Positions 7,636 through 17,500 of a stretch of 49,509 nucleotides of DNA are shown in pieces. Origin of the DNA: an uncultured Methanosarcinales archaeon (GTDB lineage Archaea; Nanobdellota; Nanobdellia; Woesearchaeales; CAYNLP01); contig CAYNLP010000001.1 of NCBI GenBank assembly GCA_964398115.1, positions 37,590-87,098 on the forward strand. The letters are read 5' to 3'. The notes beneath the pieces were generated by a model. That model did no database searches, was not told where the DNA came from, and saw only the letters and a list, made by a program, of their open reading frames with translations. Position numbers and translations under genes: made by a program. Position 1 is the stretch's first letter; each line of letters begins with the position of its first letter.

Positions 7636-8712
7636 TTGGTTTTAGAACAGTTTAAAGTTGAAGAATTCAATTGGGGTCCAGGACTTTTCCTGATAGGATA
7701 TCACCTCGCTTTCTTCATCACCTTACCAATTTACTTGGCAAATCAACTTCCAGGTTGGAAACTACTCCTAGGAACTTTCATATTATATTACGTGACGGGC
7801 TTGTGCTTGACCGCCGGCCAGCATAGGCTTTACAGCCACAAAGCATACGACGCTAATCCCATAGTAGAAAGCATCATGCTTTTCTTCATAACAAGCGCGG
7901 CAGAAGGAAGCGCGATTGAATGGGCACACGACCACAGACTTCATCACAAACACGTAGACAGCGATAAAGACCCTTACAACGTAGAAAAAGGATTGTGGTA
8001 CGCACATTTCACCTGGATGTTAGAAAAGAAAAACAGGTATTTAGAAAAAGTCACACCCGACTTGTTAGAAAACAAACTAGCCAAGTTCCAACACGACCAC
8101 TACGGCCTCCTCTTTCTAATAAGCAATGTAATACTAACAGGAGGACTGGCTTGGTGGACAGGAGACGTATTCGGCTCCATCGTCATAGGATTCCTAGCAA
8201 GAATATTCTTCATACACCACAGCACATGGTTTATCAACAGCATAGCACACTACTGGGGCACCAAGCCATTCAGCAAAGAACACAGCGCGGTAAACAACTT
8301 CATAATTGCCATACTTACATGGGGAGAGGGATATCACAACTACCACCACACATTTGAAGGTGACTACCGAAACGGTGTTTGGTGGTGGCAATTCGACCCT
8401 ACCAAAGCACTGATATGGATTTTAGAAAAACTGGGGCTAGCGAAACACTTAAACAAAGTAAAGAAAAGCACTGTGCGAAAAGCAATGTTGATGGAAGACA
8501 AACAAAAAATGTTATACGTAGTAGAAGACGCAGAAGTCAAGAAAAGGATAAAAGAACTACATCAAAGCCTTACAAACAAGCTGCAAGAAATCTACGATTC
8601 AAAAACAGAAGAGGTTAAAGAGAAAAAGAAACAGTTCAAAAAGGAATGGAAAGAATGGACGAAACTTTGCGAACAAGTATTAAGTGAACACCCGGAAGCA
8701 CATCATCACTAA
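7636..8712 (+). CDS. Membrane fatty-acid desaturase, Delta-9 (stearoyl-CoA/acyl-lipid desaturase) family, with K/E-rich C-terminal extension
   Basis: Three His boxes: HRLYSHKAY, HDHRLHHKH and GEGYHNYHH. Also NSIAHYWG. TTG start 6 nt after GAGGTGG. The C-terminal roughly 85 aa are coiled-coil-like and end HPEAHHH. Confidence 0.9.
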   Translation: MVLEQFKVEEFNWGPGLFLIGYHLAFFITLPIYLANQLPGWKLLLGTFILYYVTGLCLTAGQHRLYSHKAYDANPIVESIMLFFITSAAEGSAIEWAHDHRLHHKHVDSDKDPYNVEKGLWYAHFTWMLEKKNRYLEKVTPDLLENKLAKFQHDHYGLLFLISNVILTGGLAWWTGDVFGSIVIGFLARIFFIHHSTWFINSIAHYWGTKPFSKEHSAVNNFIIAILTWGEGYHNYHHTFEGDYRNGVWWWQFDPTKALIWILEKLGLAKHLNKVKKSTVRKAMLMEDKQKMLYVVEDAEVKKRIKELHQSLTNKLQEIYDSKTEEVKEKKKQFKKEWKEWTKLCEQVLSEHPEAHHH

Positions 8713-8723
8713 CAAAACTGTAT

Positions 8724-9158
8724 CTAACCGTACATTCCAACGATTTTATCTTCTTCAATCACGTGCCCTTCCATAGCTTCTAAAACATCTTCTTTATCCG
8801 CATTGTTAGGCAAATCCAAATTCGTATCCAAAGCATAAATTTTGAAAAAATATCTGTGAGTCCCACTCGGAGGACACGGACCACCGTAATCATTTTTTTG
8901 AAAATCATTCAAAGCCTGTTCTCCAGGAACGCTATCTTCTTTAATCTCTGTAGTTTCAGGACTAATATTATAGACAATCCAATGATCCCAAGTTCCTGGC
9001 GGAGCGTCAGGATCATCAACTATCAAAGCAAGAGTCTCAGAACCTTCCGGTACACCCTCGATATTCAAAGGCGGGTTTACATCCTTACCGTCGCAAGTAT
9101 ACTTTTCCGGAATGTTAGATTCGTTGTTAAAAACAGGACTGCTTATATTCAAACTCAT
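8724..9158 (-). CDS. PEBP / YbhB-YbcL family protein
   Basis: DDPDAPPGTWDHW and GPCPPSGTHRYFFKIYALD motifs. ATG at 9158 follows GAGGTGA, and the track start at 9230 adds an implausible N-terminus. Confidence 0.85.
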   Translation of the reverse strand: MSLNISSPVFNNESNIPEKYTCDGKDVNPPLNIEGVPEGSETLALIVDDPDAPPGTWDHWIVYNISPETTEIKEDSVPGEQALNDFQKNDYGGPCPPSGTHRYFFKIYALDTNLDLPNNADKEDVLEAMEGHVIEEDKIVGMYG

Positions 9159-9263
9159 CAAAACTTCACCTCTCTCACTCTTCTTGACATTTGTTTGAAA
9201 CCTTATAAAATTTAGTTTTTTCAGAAACATTTATAATAATAATCTATCATTACCAATCATGGG

Positions 9264-9665
9264 GTGAATGGAAACATGTTTGAATTTATGGAAGACTATC
9301 ACGACGAAGCTTATTTTGTAATGAGAGTACTAGCTGGACTGCTATTCATGCAACACGGAGCACAAAAACTGTTCGGCGTTCTAGGCGGAGAACAAGCACA
9401 ACTTGTCAGCCAAATGGGAATAGCAGGGGTTATAGAATTCTTTGGAGGACTATTCATAACCATTGGATTATTCACCCGACTTGCAGCCGTGCTAGGAGGT
9501 TTAGAAATGCTTTGGGCGTACTTCACAGTTCACATTTCAGAAAGTTTCTGGCCTATCTTAAACGGTGGAGAAGGCGCTTTGCTATTCTTCACAGTCTTCC
9601 TAATCTTCATGGTTCACGGCGCGAAGAAGTGGGGAGTGGATAACTTAATTTCGGCGACGAGGTAG
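9264..9665 (+). CDS. DoxX family membrane protein
   Basis: LLFMQHGAQKLFG motif and 4 TM helices. Start is ambiguous (GTG 9264 or ATG 9276). Confidence 0.75.
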   Translation: MNGNMFEFMEDYHDEAYFVMRVLAGLLFMQHGAQKLFGVLGGEQAQLVSQMGIAGVIEFFGGLFITIGLFTRLAAVLGGLEMLWAYFTVHISESFWPILNGGEGALLFFTVFLIFMVHGAKKWGVDNLISATR

Positions 9666-9702
9666 CAAATTTTATAAACCACTAAATCGTCCCGAAACAC
9701 AC

Positions 9703-10404
9703 ATGAAGAAAACACTCCTAACTACAATTTTTATAAGCCTATTATTGATAGCTTGTTCGCCGCAAAAAGACAATCCTCAAACAGAAAAGATCGAAACAGT
9801 GAATGAAGTACTAGATGCTATCAAAAAACTTGATTCAGAATACAACACGTCTTTCAGAAGAGAACAAATGAATAAAGTCATTTTAAACACGGACGAAATC
9901 GAATCTTACTTGAGAGACTTAGAGAATATCAGTCAGAGAGTGGATGCTAAGAACCAGCAACAAGGTGAGTGGATTAATTGGACGTTACAAGCAAGAAAAG
10001 AAATGTTACTAAGCCAGTTCGGATTTCAACAAGCATGGGTTGGAGTTGGAAAATCTGGGAGGGTAAGTGAAGGTTTTTCCTGCAACGACTTTAATTCAGT
10101 GCAAAAGTCTAGTTTACTTTTAGAAAGATCTTTGCTTCTAGGAAACAACGCAACCAGCTACCTTGACGCGTTACTGACAGAAAACATGAATTTAAGTGAT
10201 GAAATCGGCGTGGATGAAAATAAACCCGCATTTTATAATTCAAAATTTGACGCCGTATACGTAGAGTTACAAAGAAATGCTGTGGCTATGAACGAATTCT
10301 GCAACCAAACAGTACAGTTTAACCATTATAATTTCACAAAACTTATAGAAGAAACAGACGTTAACACAAGCAAATACAAGAGAGGTGCTACAAATGGGAA
10401 TTGA
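9703..10404 (+). CDS. Secreted protein with bacterial-type lipobox, unknown function
   Basis: MKKTLLTTIFISLLLIACSPQ signal. No recognised domain. Confidence 0.6.
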   Translation: MKKTLLTTIFISLLLIACSPQKDNPQTEKIETVNEVLDAIKKLDSEYNTSFRREQMNKVILNTDEIESYLRDLENISQRVDAKNQQQGEWINWTLQARKEMLLSQFGFQQAWVGVGKSGRVSEGFSCNDFNSVQKSSLLLERSLLLGNNATSYLDALLTENMNLSDEIGVDENKPAFYNSKFDAVYVELQRNAVAMNEFCNQTVQFNHYNFTKLIEETDVNTSKYKRGATNGN

Positions 10405-10792
10405 AGAACCAGAATCTATGGAAAATTTGATGTATGTCACTAACAGAAGACTAGGCGACGGAAAGATAATGGCCTGGACTTATAGAGTTGACTGTCCAGA
10501 ATGCGATGAAGAATACCTTACTAAGCCCAGCAAGAAGACAGGGAAAGGGCCTAACACTCGAGCTAAAAAGTATACTTGTGACAACTGCGGTTTTGAAATG
10601 CCTGAAGAAGACGTTAGAGACGCAGCAGTGCTACAAGCCAAGTATACTTGTCCTCACTGTGGTGAGAAAGGAACAGCTGAAACCGACTACAAAAGAGAAA
10701 AGTACAAAGGGACAAAAGCTTACATCTTTACATGCGAACACTGTGATGAAGAAATTCCATTAACGAAGAAAATGAAAGAGGTCGACCTCTAA
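10394..10792 (+). CDS. Four-CxxC zinc-ribbon protein
   Basis: CPECDEE, CDNCGFE, CPHCGEK and CEHCDEE motifs. ATG 10394 follows AGAGGTG. GTG 10385 is an alternative start. Confidence 0.6.
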   Translation: MGIEEPESMENLMYVTNRRLGDGKIMAWTYRVDCPECDEEYLTKPSKKTGKGPNTRAKKYTCDNCGFEMPEEDVRDAAVLQAKYTCPHCGEKGTAETDYKREKYKGTKAYIFTCEHCDEEIPLTKKMKEVDL

Positions 10793-11199
10793 TCTCCATT
10801 CACTAAGTAATCAATACTCCTCTTATACGCTCTTGCATACCTTTGCATCATTTTAATGGTAGGAGTGGAAGTATTTCTTTCATGCTTTCCTATGGTATTA
10901 TGATTTATACCTACTTCTTCAGATACTTCACGCAGGGTCATGCCTTCCTCTAATCTGAGTTGGGTTAATCTATGACCTAATGTTCCTTCCTCTCTTTCTT
11001 TCAAAACTTTAGGTTTTTTCAAATGGGGACTAGAATAATTCCTTCGTCTTTCACTGCTCACAACTGCAGCGGCATGTAGTCGGTCCCACGCTTCTTGATA
11101 ACTACAGTTTGGATAACCCCAATCCTTTGCTATAGGCTGATAAGAGTTTAATCCTACCATTTTTGCTAGGCATTTCTGCGTTGGTGGTTTGCCAAACAT
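10789..11199 (-). CDS. XRE-family HTH protein with unknown N-terminal domain
   Basis: C-terminal LRLEEGMTLREVSEEVGINHNTIGKHERNTSTPTIKMMQRYARAYKRSIDYL is a classic HTH_3. Confidence 0.7.
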   Translation of the reverse strand: MFGKPPTQKCLAKMVGLNSYQPIAKDWGYPNCSYQEAWDRLHAAAVVSSERRRNYSSPHLKKPKVLKEREEGTLGHRLTQLRLEEGMTLREVSEEVGINHNTIGKHERNTSTPTIKMMQRYARAYKRSIDYLVNGD

Positions 11200-11295
11200 T
11201 TCATGGTAGAACCTGTAATTAACTATTTCTTGTGCTTACCTAGAATTCTTACTCCACGGCCTACCTATTTCTCTGGTCATCAAAATTAAGAATTA

Positions 11296-11643
11296 TTATT
11301 CGGTTTTAATTGTGTAAGTGGCGATACCACCAGCACCGCAGTCGTACACATACATTACGCCATCTCGTAATATTTGGTAATCTATGAGATCACAATTATC
11401 GTGTAAGATGTTGATACTTTTGCCTGCCACGTTTTCAGACTCATTTAACAGGACAGGGGTGGCATTAGAACCTTCACCTTTCACCACCATCGTCGGTGGT
11501 TTAGGAAGGTTACTTAACTCTCCTGATTTAAAATCAGCAACTCCAGACGATTTATCTGGAGTTTGTTGCGTCATAAAGACCATTCCTACAATTCCTACCA
11601 CTGCCACGACGCTCACTATGTAAAGACTTGTCTTATCACTCAT
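11296..11643 (-). CDS. Membrane-anchored or secreted small protein
   Basis: N-terminal TM LYIVSVVAVVGIVGMVFM followed by a beta-rich C-terminal domain. Confidence 0.5.
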   Translation of the reverse strand: MSDKTSLYIVSVVAVVGIVGMVFMTQQTPDKSSGVADFKSGELSNLPKPPTMVVKGEGSNATPVLLNESENVAGKSINILHDNCDLIDYQILRDGVMYVYDCGAGGIATYTIKTE

Positions 11644-11683
11644 AACGCTACTTAAACATAATAGGTTTTATTTAAACCTTTCG

Positions 11684-12241
11684 TCATCCGTAAAAGCTTA
11701 TTCTTTCTTCCGTACACATAACCGCTAACAACATTTTAGGATTATCTTTCTTTATCCTTTCCAAGCTATCAAGGTCGGTTTGAGAAGCTATGCATCTCTG
11801 ATAAGGATGGCTATGTAAATCAATTATGGTACCAACAGGGCATGGATCGGAAACCACTCTGTAAACATGAGCTGAATGAACTTCTGGCTGCATTACTTCA
11901 CTAACAATATAATTATTTCCTTCAACTCGTCCTTTCAAACAACTCTTAAACTCATGCTCTTGATTATCTCTGTAAAGCTCAACCAATTCATCATAAGTAT
12001 TGCCTTGAAAAACAATCGTTTTATTCCCATAATTAAAATATCCGCTATCTACACTACTGCTTTCAAAAAATCCAGCTATGACATCATGGACTCTAGGACT
12101 GACGATTAGGTAAGAAATGAAGAGAACTGCTAGTATTATTGCCAATCCATAACGCCAATAAGGACTAACGCTTAACCTTTCAGCATCTTCATCAAGTTCT
12201 TCATCAATCTCACGCGCTTCTTTCTCAGGATCAATATCCAT
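11684..12241 (-). CDS. Membrane-anchored JAB/MPN (JAMM) metalloprotease-domain protein
   Basis: Canonical JAMM motif HSHPYQRCIASQTD (HxHx7SxxD) with an upstream Glu (MQPEVH). Acidic N-terminus, then TM GLAIILAVLFISYLIV. ATG 12241 is preferred, and the TTG at 12292 sits 13 nt from tRNA-Pro. Confidence 0.7.
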   Translation of the reverse strand: MDIDPEKEAREIDEELDEDAERLSVSPYWRYGLAIILAVLFISYLIVSPRVHDVIAGFFESSSVDSGYFNYGNKTIVFQGNTYDELVELYRDNQEHEFKSCLKGRVEGNNYIVSEVMQPEVHSAHVYRVVSDPCPVGTIIDLHSHPYQRCIASQTDLDSLERIKKDNPKMLLAVMCTEERISFYG

Positions 12242-12304
12242 AGAAAAAGTAACGTCAACCAAGTTTAAATAAAGGTTGGTATGTTTTCTCAAAAACTACA
12301 AAAG

Positions 12305-12378
12305 AGGGGTTGTAGTGTAGCTTGGCTATCACTCTGCGTTCGGGGCGCAGCAACGGGGGTTCAAATCCTCCCAACCCC
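12305..12378 (+). tRNA. tRNA-Pro (anticodon CGG)
   Basis: Acceptor GGGGTTG/CAACCCC plus A. Anticodon stem CTGCG/CGCAG with loop TTCGGGG. T arm GGGGG-TTCAAAT-CCTCC. 74 nt, no intron, no encoded CCA. Confidence 0.9.
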
Positions 12379-12424
12379 ACTTTCTATAACAATCTTTAAA
12401 AACCAACATTCTATCCTCTAAGTT

Positions 12425-14521
12425 GTGGCGCAAACAAACGATGACAGGATTGTAGTAACCAGTGCACTTCCATACGCAAATGGACCCATCCACATCGGAC
12501 ACTTAGTCGAATATATCCAAAGCGACATAATAACTCGATTCTACAAACTTCAAGGAAAAGACGCAGTACACTTGTGTGCGGCAGACACTCACGGAACACC
12601 CATTCAAGTAAACGCGCAAGAAGAAAACATGGAACCAGAAGAATTCGTAAATAAATGGTACGATAAACAACTCGACAGTTTCAAACTATTCAACATCGAA
12701 TTCGACAGTTACCACAGCACAGATAGTGAAGAAAACAAGTATTTTGTAGAGACTTTTTACAAACGCTTACAAGAAAAAGACATGATATATCAAGAAGAAA
12801 TCGAACAAGCATATTGTGAAGAAGACGAACGCTTCTTACCAGACCGATACGTTAAAGGAACATGCCCAGAATGCGGAGCAGAAAATCAATACGGCGACCA
12901 GTGCGAAAGTTGTGGATCGACATACGAACCTACCGACTTGGAAAACGCGGAATGCCAACTATGCGGAAACGAGCCAGTAACGAAAACTAGCGAACACTAC
13001 TTCTTCAAACTAAGCGAGATGGAAGACGAACTAGAAGAATGGATATCCAACAACGACAACTTACAAGACGAGATCAAAAACCAAATCTTGAACTGGATAG
13101 ATGACGGCTTAGATGATTGGTGTATAAGCAGAGACAAACCATACCACGGTTTTGAAATTCCAGACAGCGACGACAAATACTTCTACGTTTGGCTCGACGC
13201 ACCAATGGGATATATCAGTAGCTTAGCCAACTACCTAGACGGGGATGTTGAAAAGGCTGAAGAGTACTGGAACGATAGCGAAATAATTCACTTCATAGGA
13301 AAAGACATAATCTACTTCCACCTATTATTTTGGCCCGCTGTTTTAATGAAAACCGATATGAACCTACCAAGCAATGTGTTTGCACACGGATTCCTAAACT
13401 TGAAAGGCGAGAAGATGAGCAAATCAAGAGGGACCTTCTTAACCGCGGAAGAATGGGCAGAAATAGCCGATCCTGAACTACTAAGGTTCTACTATGCAGC
13501 CAGTTTGACAGACAAAGTCGTAGACATAAACCTAGATGTGGATAACTTCCAAGAAAGGGTTAACAACGAACTCGTTAGCAACATCGCTAACCTCGTATAC
13601 AGAACTTTAAGCTTTGTAAACAAATACTTTGAAAAAGAAATCGGCGACGACATTGACGAAGACTTCATAGGAATTCTAAAGCGAAGGATAAACGATGTCA
13701 TCGACCACTATGAAGAATACAATTTGAGGAAAGCAATGGATATGATATTGCACATCAGCCAGGAGGGCAATAAATACTTCCAGGACAAAAGGCCTTGGGT
13801 TACGGCAAGGACAAACAAGACAGAATGTAGGCGTACCTTAACCACGTGCGTAAACTTGGTTAAAAACTTGATAATACTTCTCAAACCCGTAATGCCTGAG
13901 TACGCCGAGGAGATTGAAAAGCAACTCAACCTAGAAGGACTAACCATGGACGACCTAGGATTTGACCTGACCAACCACGAAATTGGAGAGGCAGACATTG
14001 TTTATGAAAAGATACAAGAGATAGAAGTGGAAGCAGAAGAAAGCATTTTCGAAAAACTCAACCTTAGAGTGGCAGAAGTCCTCGACGTGAGAGATCATCC
14101 AAACGCGGACAACCTCTACCTGTTAGACATCGACCTAGGCGATGAAGAAAGACAAATAGTAGCCGGATTAAAAGACCACTATCAAACAAGCGAATTAGAA
14201 GGTAAAAAAATCGTGGTAGTGGCCAACATGGAAGAAGCAGAAATCCGAGGAGAGAAAAGCGAAGCAATGATGCTAGCCGCAGAAGGAGTAGATGAAGAAG
14301 GAGAAGACGCCGTTGGAATCCTATTCGTCCAAAGCACTCCAAATGGTGATCCAATCAAAATCAGCGGTGTTGGAAGAAGCGACGAGAAGATAAGCTTCGA
14401 TGAATTCCAAGAAGTAGATATAACTACCAAGGAAGGACGGGTTTACCACGACGACGAAATGCTCCGAACAAACAGCGAATACGTAAAAGTAGAACGCGTT
14501 GAAGAAGGAAGTGTCAAGTAA
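12425..14521 (+). CDS. metG: Methionyl-tRNA synthetase with C-terminal Trbp111/EMAP-like tRNA-binding domain
   Basis: HIGH region PYANGPIHIGHL, KMSKS loop KMSKSRG and zinc knuckles CPECG...CESCG. C-terminal LRVAEVLDVRDHPNADNLYLLDIDLG. GTG start about 28 nt after TTTAAAAA, so apparently leaderless. Confidence 0.95.
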   Translation: MAQTNDDRIVVTSALPYANGPIHIGHLVEYIQSDIITRFYKLQGKDAVHLCAADTHGTPIQVNAQEENMEPEEFVNKWYDKQLDSFKLFNIEFDSYHSTDSEENKYFVETFYKRLQEKDMIYQEEIEQAYCEEDERFLPDRYVKGTCPECGAENQYGDQCESCGSTYEPTDLENAECQLCGNEPVTKTSEHYFFKLSEMEDELEEWISNNDNLQDEIKNQILNWIDDGLDDWCISRDKPYHGFEIPDSDDKYFYVWLDAPMGYISSLANYLDGDVEKAEEYWNDSEIIHFIGKDIIYFHLLFWPAVLMKTDMNLPSNVFAHGFLNLKGEKMSKSRGTFLTAEEWAEIADPELLRFYYAASLTDKVVDINLDVDNFQERVNNELVSNIANLVYRTLSFVNKYFEKEIGDDIDEDFIGILKRRINDVIDHYEEYNLRKAMDMILHISQEGNKYFQDKRPWVTARTNKTECRRTLTTCVNLVKNLIILLKPVMPEYAEEIEKQLNLEGLTMDDLGFDLTNHEIGEADIVYEKIQEIEVEAEESIFEKLNLRVAEVLDVRDHPNADNLYLLDIDLGDEERQIVAGLKDHYQTSELEGKKIVVVANMEEAEIRGEKSEAMMLAAEGVDEEGEDAVGILFVQSTPNGDPIKISGVGRSDEKISFDEFQEVDITTKEGRVYHDDEMLRTNSEYVKVERVEEGSVK

Positions 14522-14527
14522 CCGACA

Positions 14528-14537
14528 TTTTTATATA
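14528..14537 (+). promoter_or_regulatory. TATA-box-like element upstream of the 1242-aa gene
   Basis: TTTTTATATA lies about 35 nt before ATG 14569, with no SD, consistent with a short or absent leader. Confidence 0.35.
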
Positions 14538-14568
14538 CCTAGAAGTGCAAAAATTCTAACTGTTTATT

Positions 14569-17500
14569 ATGACGAGAAAAGTAATCCTAGGCTTGATAAC
14601 CATCTTCTTACTAACCATACCTCTCTCATCAGGTCAAGAAGTAACCAATCTCGAACTCACTAAATACGATTCAAAAGTAGAACTTGTAAGCACACAAAAT
14701 TATAGAACCGCAGACATGCACTTCACCTACCAAGGACCCAGCTTCGACGAAGTAACTATCGACACCGGTAACCTCTACGTAGAAGATGACAATCCAGTAA
14801 AAACTATTTCTAGAAACAACTGTGTCAAAGAAAACGACGCTTACCACTGTACACTGACAGATTTAAGAATTCAACCACCCGTCCAAGAGGGAAACACATT
14901 CCAAGGACAGATAAACTTCAGATTCATAGGGGATGAAATCCACGAGGATAGAGTAAACTACAATTTCGAAATTGACAACACACAACCCGTGATTGAAAAC
15001 ATCGGCACACCTGCTTGCGAGGAAGACTGCAACATAGGACCAAACGGCAAGCTAAAAATAAAAATCCAAGATGAAAAAGCAAGTTTCAACAACGGCTACA
15101 TCTTCTACCACGTAAACGAAGGAAGCGCTTACATGGTCGACAGCTGCAACTCAACCACTTGCACCGCGTCGATAAACTACAACTGCCAACAAGGAGAAAA
15201 CGTAAAAGTTGACATTGGAGACTATCAAAACGTTCCAAGCCAAGATGACGCTGGCAACCCAGTAAGATTCAACGAAGGAGAAATCACAGAAACATTCACC
15301 TGCGACAGAACCAAGCCAGAAATTCAAAGCTTCACAGTAACAAGCGAAGGAACACCACAGATAACAGAGAATGAAACGGTGACGATACAAGCGACAGTGA
15401 AAGACAACAGCGCAGTATTGATAAAAGCTAACGCAAAGAGTTTCAACGAAAAAGACAAAGTATTAACAAACAAATGCACACCTAACGGGGAAAGTCAGCA
15501 ATGCACACTAAAGTTCAAAGCAAACAAGTCAGCTTACAGACAAGCCCGCATACAATTCACGTTTGAAGACGAAGCAGGAAACACCGTGTCAACAAAAAAA
15601 CAATTAGAAATACTGGAAGAAGCAACAGGAGACGTAAACAACCTATGGACAGTACGAAACGTCCAAGCCAGCCCAACACAAGTTAATACTAAAACACTTC
15701 AATATTTCGAAAAAAAGGTTTACGCATCCACCGCGTTAATCCCAGAACTGGGAGGTGCAGGAGTAGTACAGCAAAAACTTCAAGGATGTCAAGTTGAAGA
15801 ACCTAACATGAACCTTGAAGCAGAATTGATGAGTACAGGAAAAACATTCCAAGTAAAAACCACTCTCCCCACCAGCCTTTCTCAAACAAAGAAGTCAAAA
15901 ATATTCATAAACTGCACGGTTGAAACACACAGCAAGAGACGGACAAGAGCTGTTTCAAATTCAGAAATTGACAGTTTCAGCTACCAAATAAACCTAGAAG
16001 ACTTTCCAGACAGACCAGAAAAATTACAAGAAGAACTCAAAAACATACAAAGCCAAAACAAGAAGTGGAACGATTATTTTGGAACAGTTCAAAAATGGAC
16101 TAACACCTTCACCACGATTTGCAGAGCAGGACAAAAAATAAAGGGGATAACCGGCTTGTTAGGAGGAGTAGAACAAGCATTTTGCTCCAACCCAGTAACT
16201 GCAGGAGCAGCCCCAAGTTTGAAACCACCAGCGGACGCAACTGGTAAGTCAAGCGATGCATTATGGACAGGTCTAGGCAAGTTTTGCAAGTTCTTAACCT
16301 GCAATACCAAAGTACAAGAAGGATTGGAAGATTGGGTTACAAGCCTCGACTTCGGAAGTGGAGCAAGCGTAGACTCAATAACCTCAAGCCTAGGCTTGCC
16401 CAAAGAAGCGCTTTTCCGACCAGAAAACAGCTTAGTTTGGAGCGCCGCCACTTTATGCCTTCCAGGAATGGTTTCAAACCTACAACGCTACAGGGTCATC
16501 CAATGCGAATATCAGAGGTGCATACAGCAAGACAGCATACAAGCAGGAATTCCAAGCTATGCATGTAGAGAAGTAAAGAGTAGGAGTACATGTCAATTCA
16601 CGACAGGACAAATCAGCAAACTTATACCTCAAAGCTTGATGTTCCAACAAGCAGGAAATCTCGTAAAACAAGCACTATCCAACCCGATAGGCCTTCTTGG
16701 AGCAGGTATAAACACTGTCTTTAGTTGCGCCAGTAAACCAGCATGTAGTGGACACGTTGCATGTACCATAACCGACGCTGTAAGTAAAGTAGGACAGTAT
16801 GTCAGCATGTTCAAAGGCATTAGCAACACTGCAACCTCTATGAAGAATGGCTTTAATTCCGCCCAACAAACCGGACCATGCAAAGCAGTAAAAGAACAAG
16901 GAGATGTTGAACTGTACGACCCTGTCGTAGACTCACAAATATCAGAAAGTGAAAAGTCAAGTTTCAGAAATTGCCAAAACGGGATGTGCTCTAATGGAAA
17001 TATTAGAGTAGGACCAAATGGAAATACTGAACTATTAGCTTATCCAGACGATTCCGGTAACGGTAATCTTCATATAAAGTATGAAGGGAGTTATCGGCGA
17101 ATAGAAAGAACCTCAGAAAGTTTGAACATAGACATGACACAAACAATAGATGAAAATAATATAAAAAGTTCCCAGGCACAAACTATTACAATAGTTAGAA
17201 CCCAGCCAACAGTTACTGTAGGAATGCAAGCAGGATTGGAAACAACTGGATCTGACACTTTTTCCAAGAAACAGATTTTAGAGAAAACAGAGGCTGGAAC
17301 AACTCCTGCAACTGAAAAGGTATTGGCTGATAGAGATGAGTTGCAAGAACAAGCCCAGGAGAACCAGGAGAGAAAGCAACAACAGAGGGAAGATCAAGAA
17401 GAGTCCAATGAAGCAGCTAAACAACACGGTCAAGCGATAGGTCAACTAAACAAGTTAGAAAACGAAGTCGAAAGATGGGCTTCAAACCAAGAAGATTATA

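Noticed and set aside
14064-14430. Leu/Ser-rich minus-strand ORFs inside metG, with similar ones at 48032-48407 inside lon
   Set aside because: These are typical antisense ORFs of E/K-rich coding regions, and the host genes are unambiguous.
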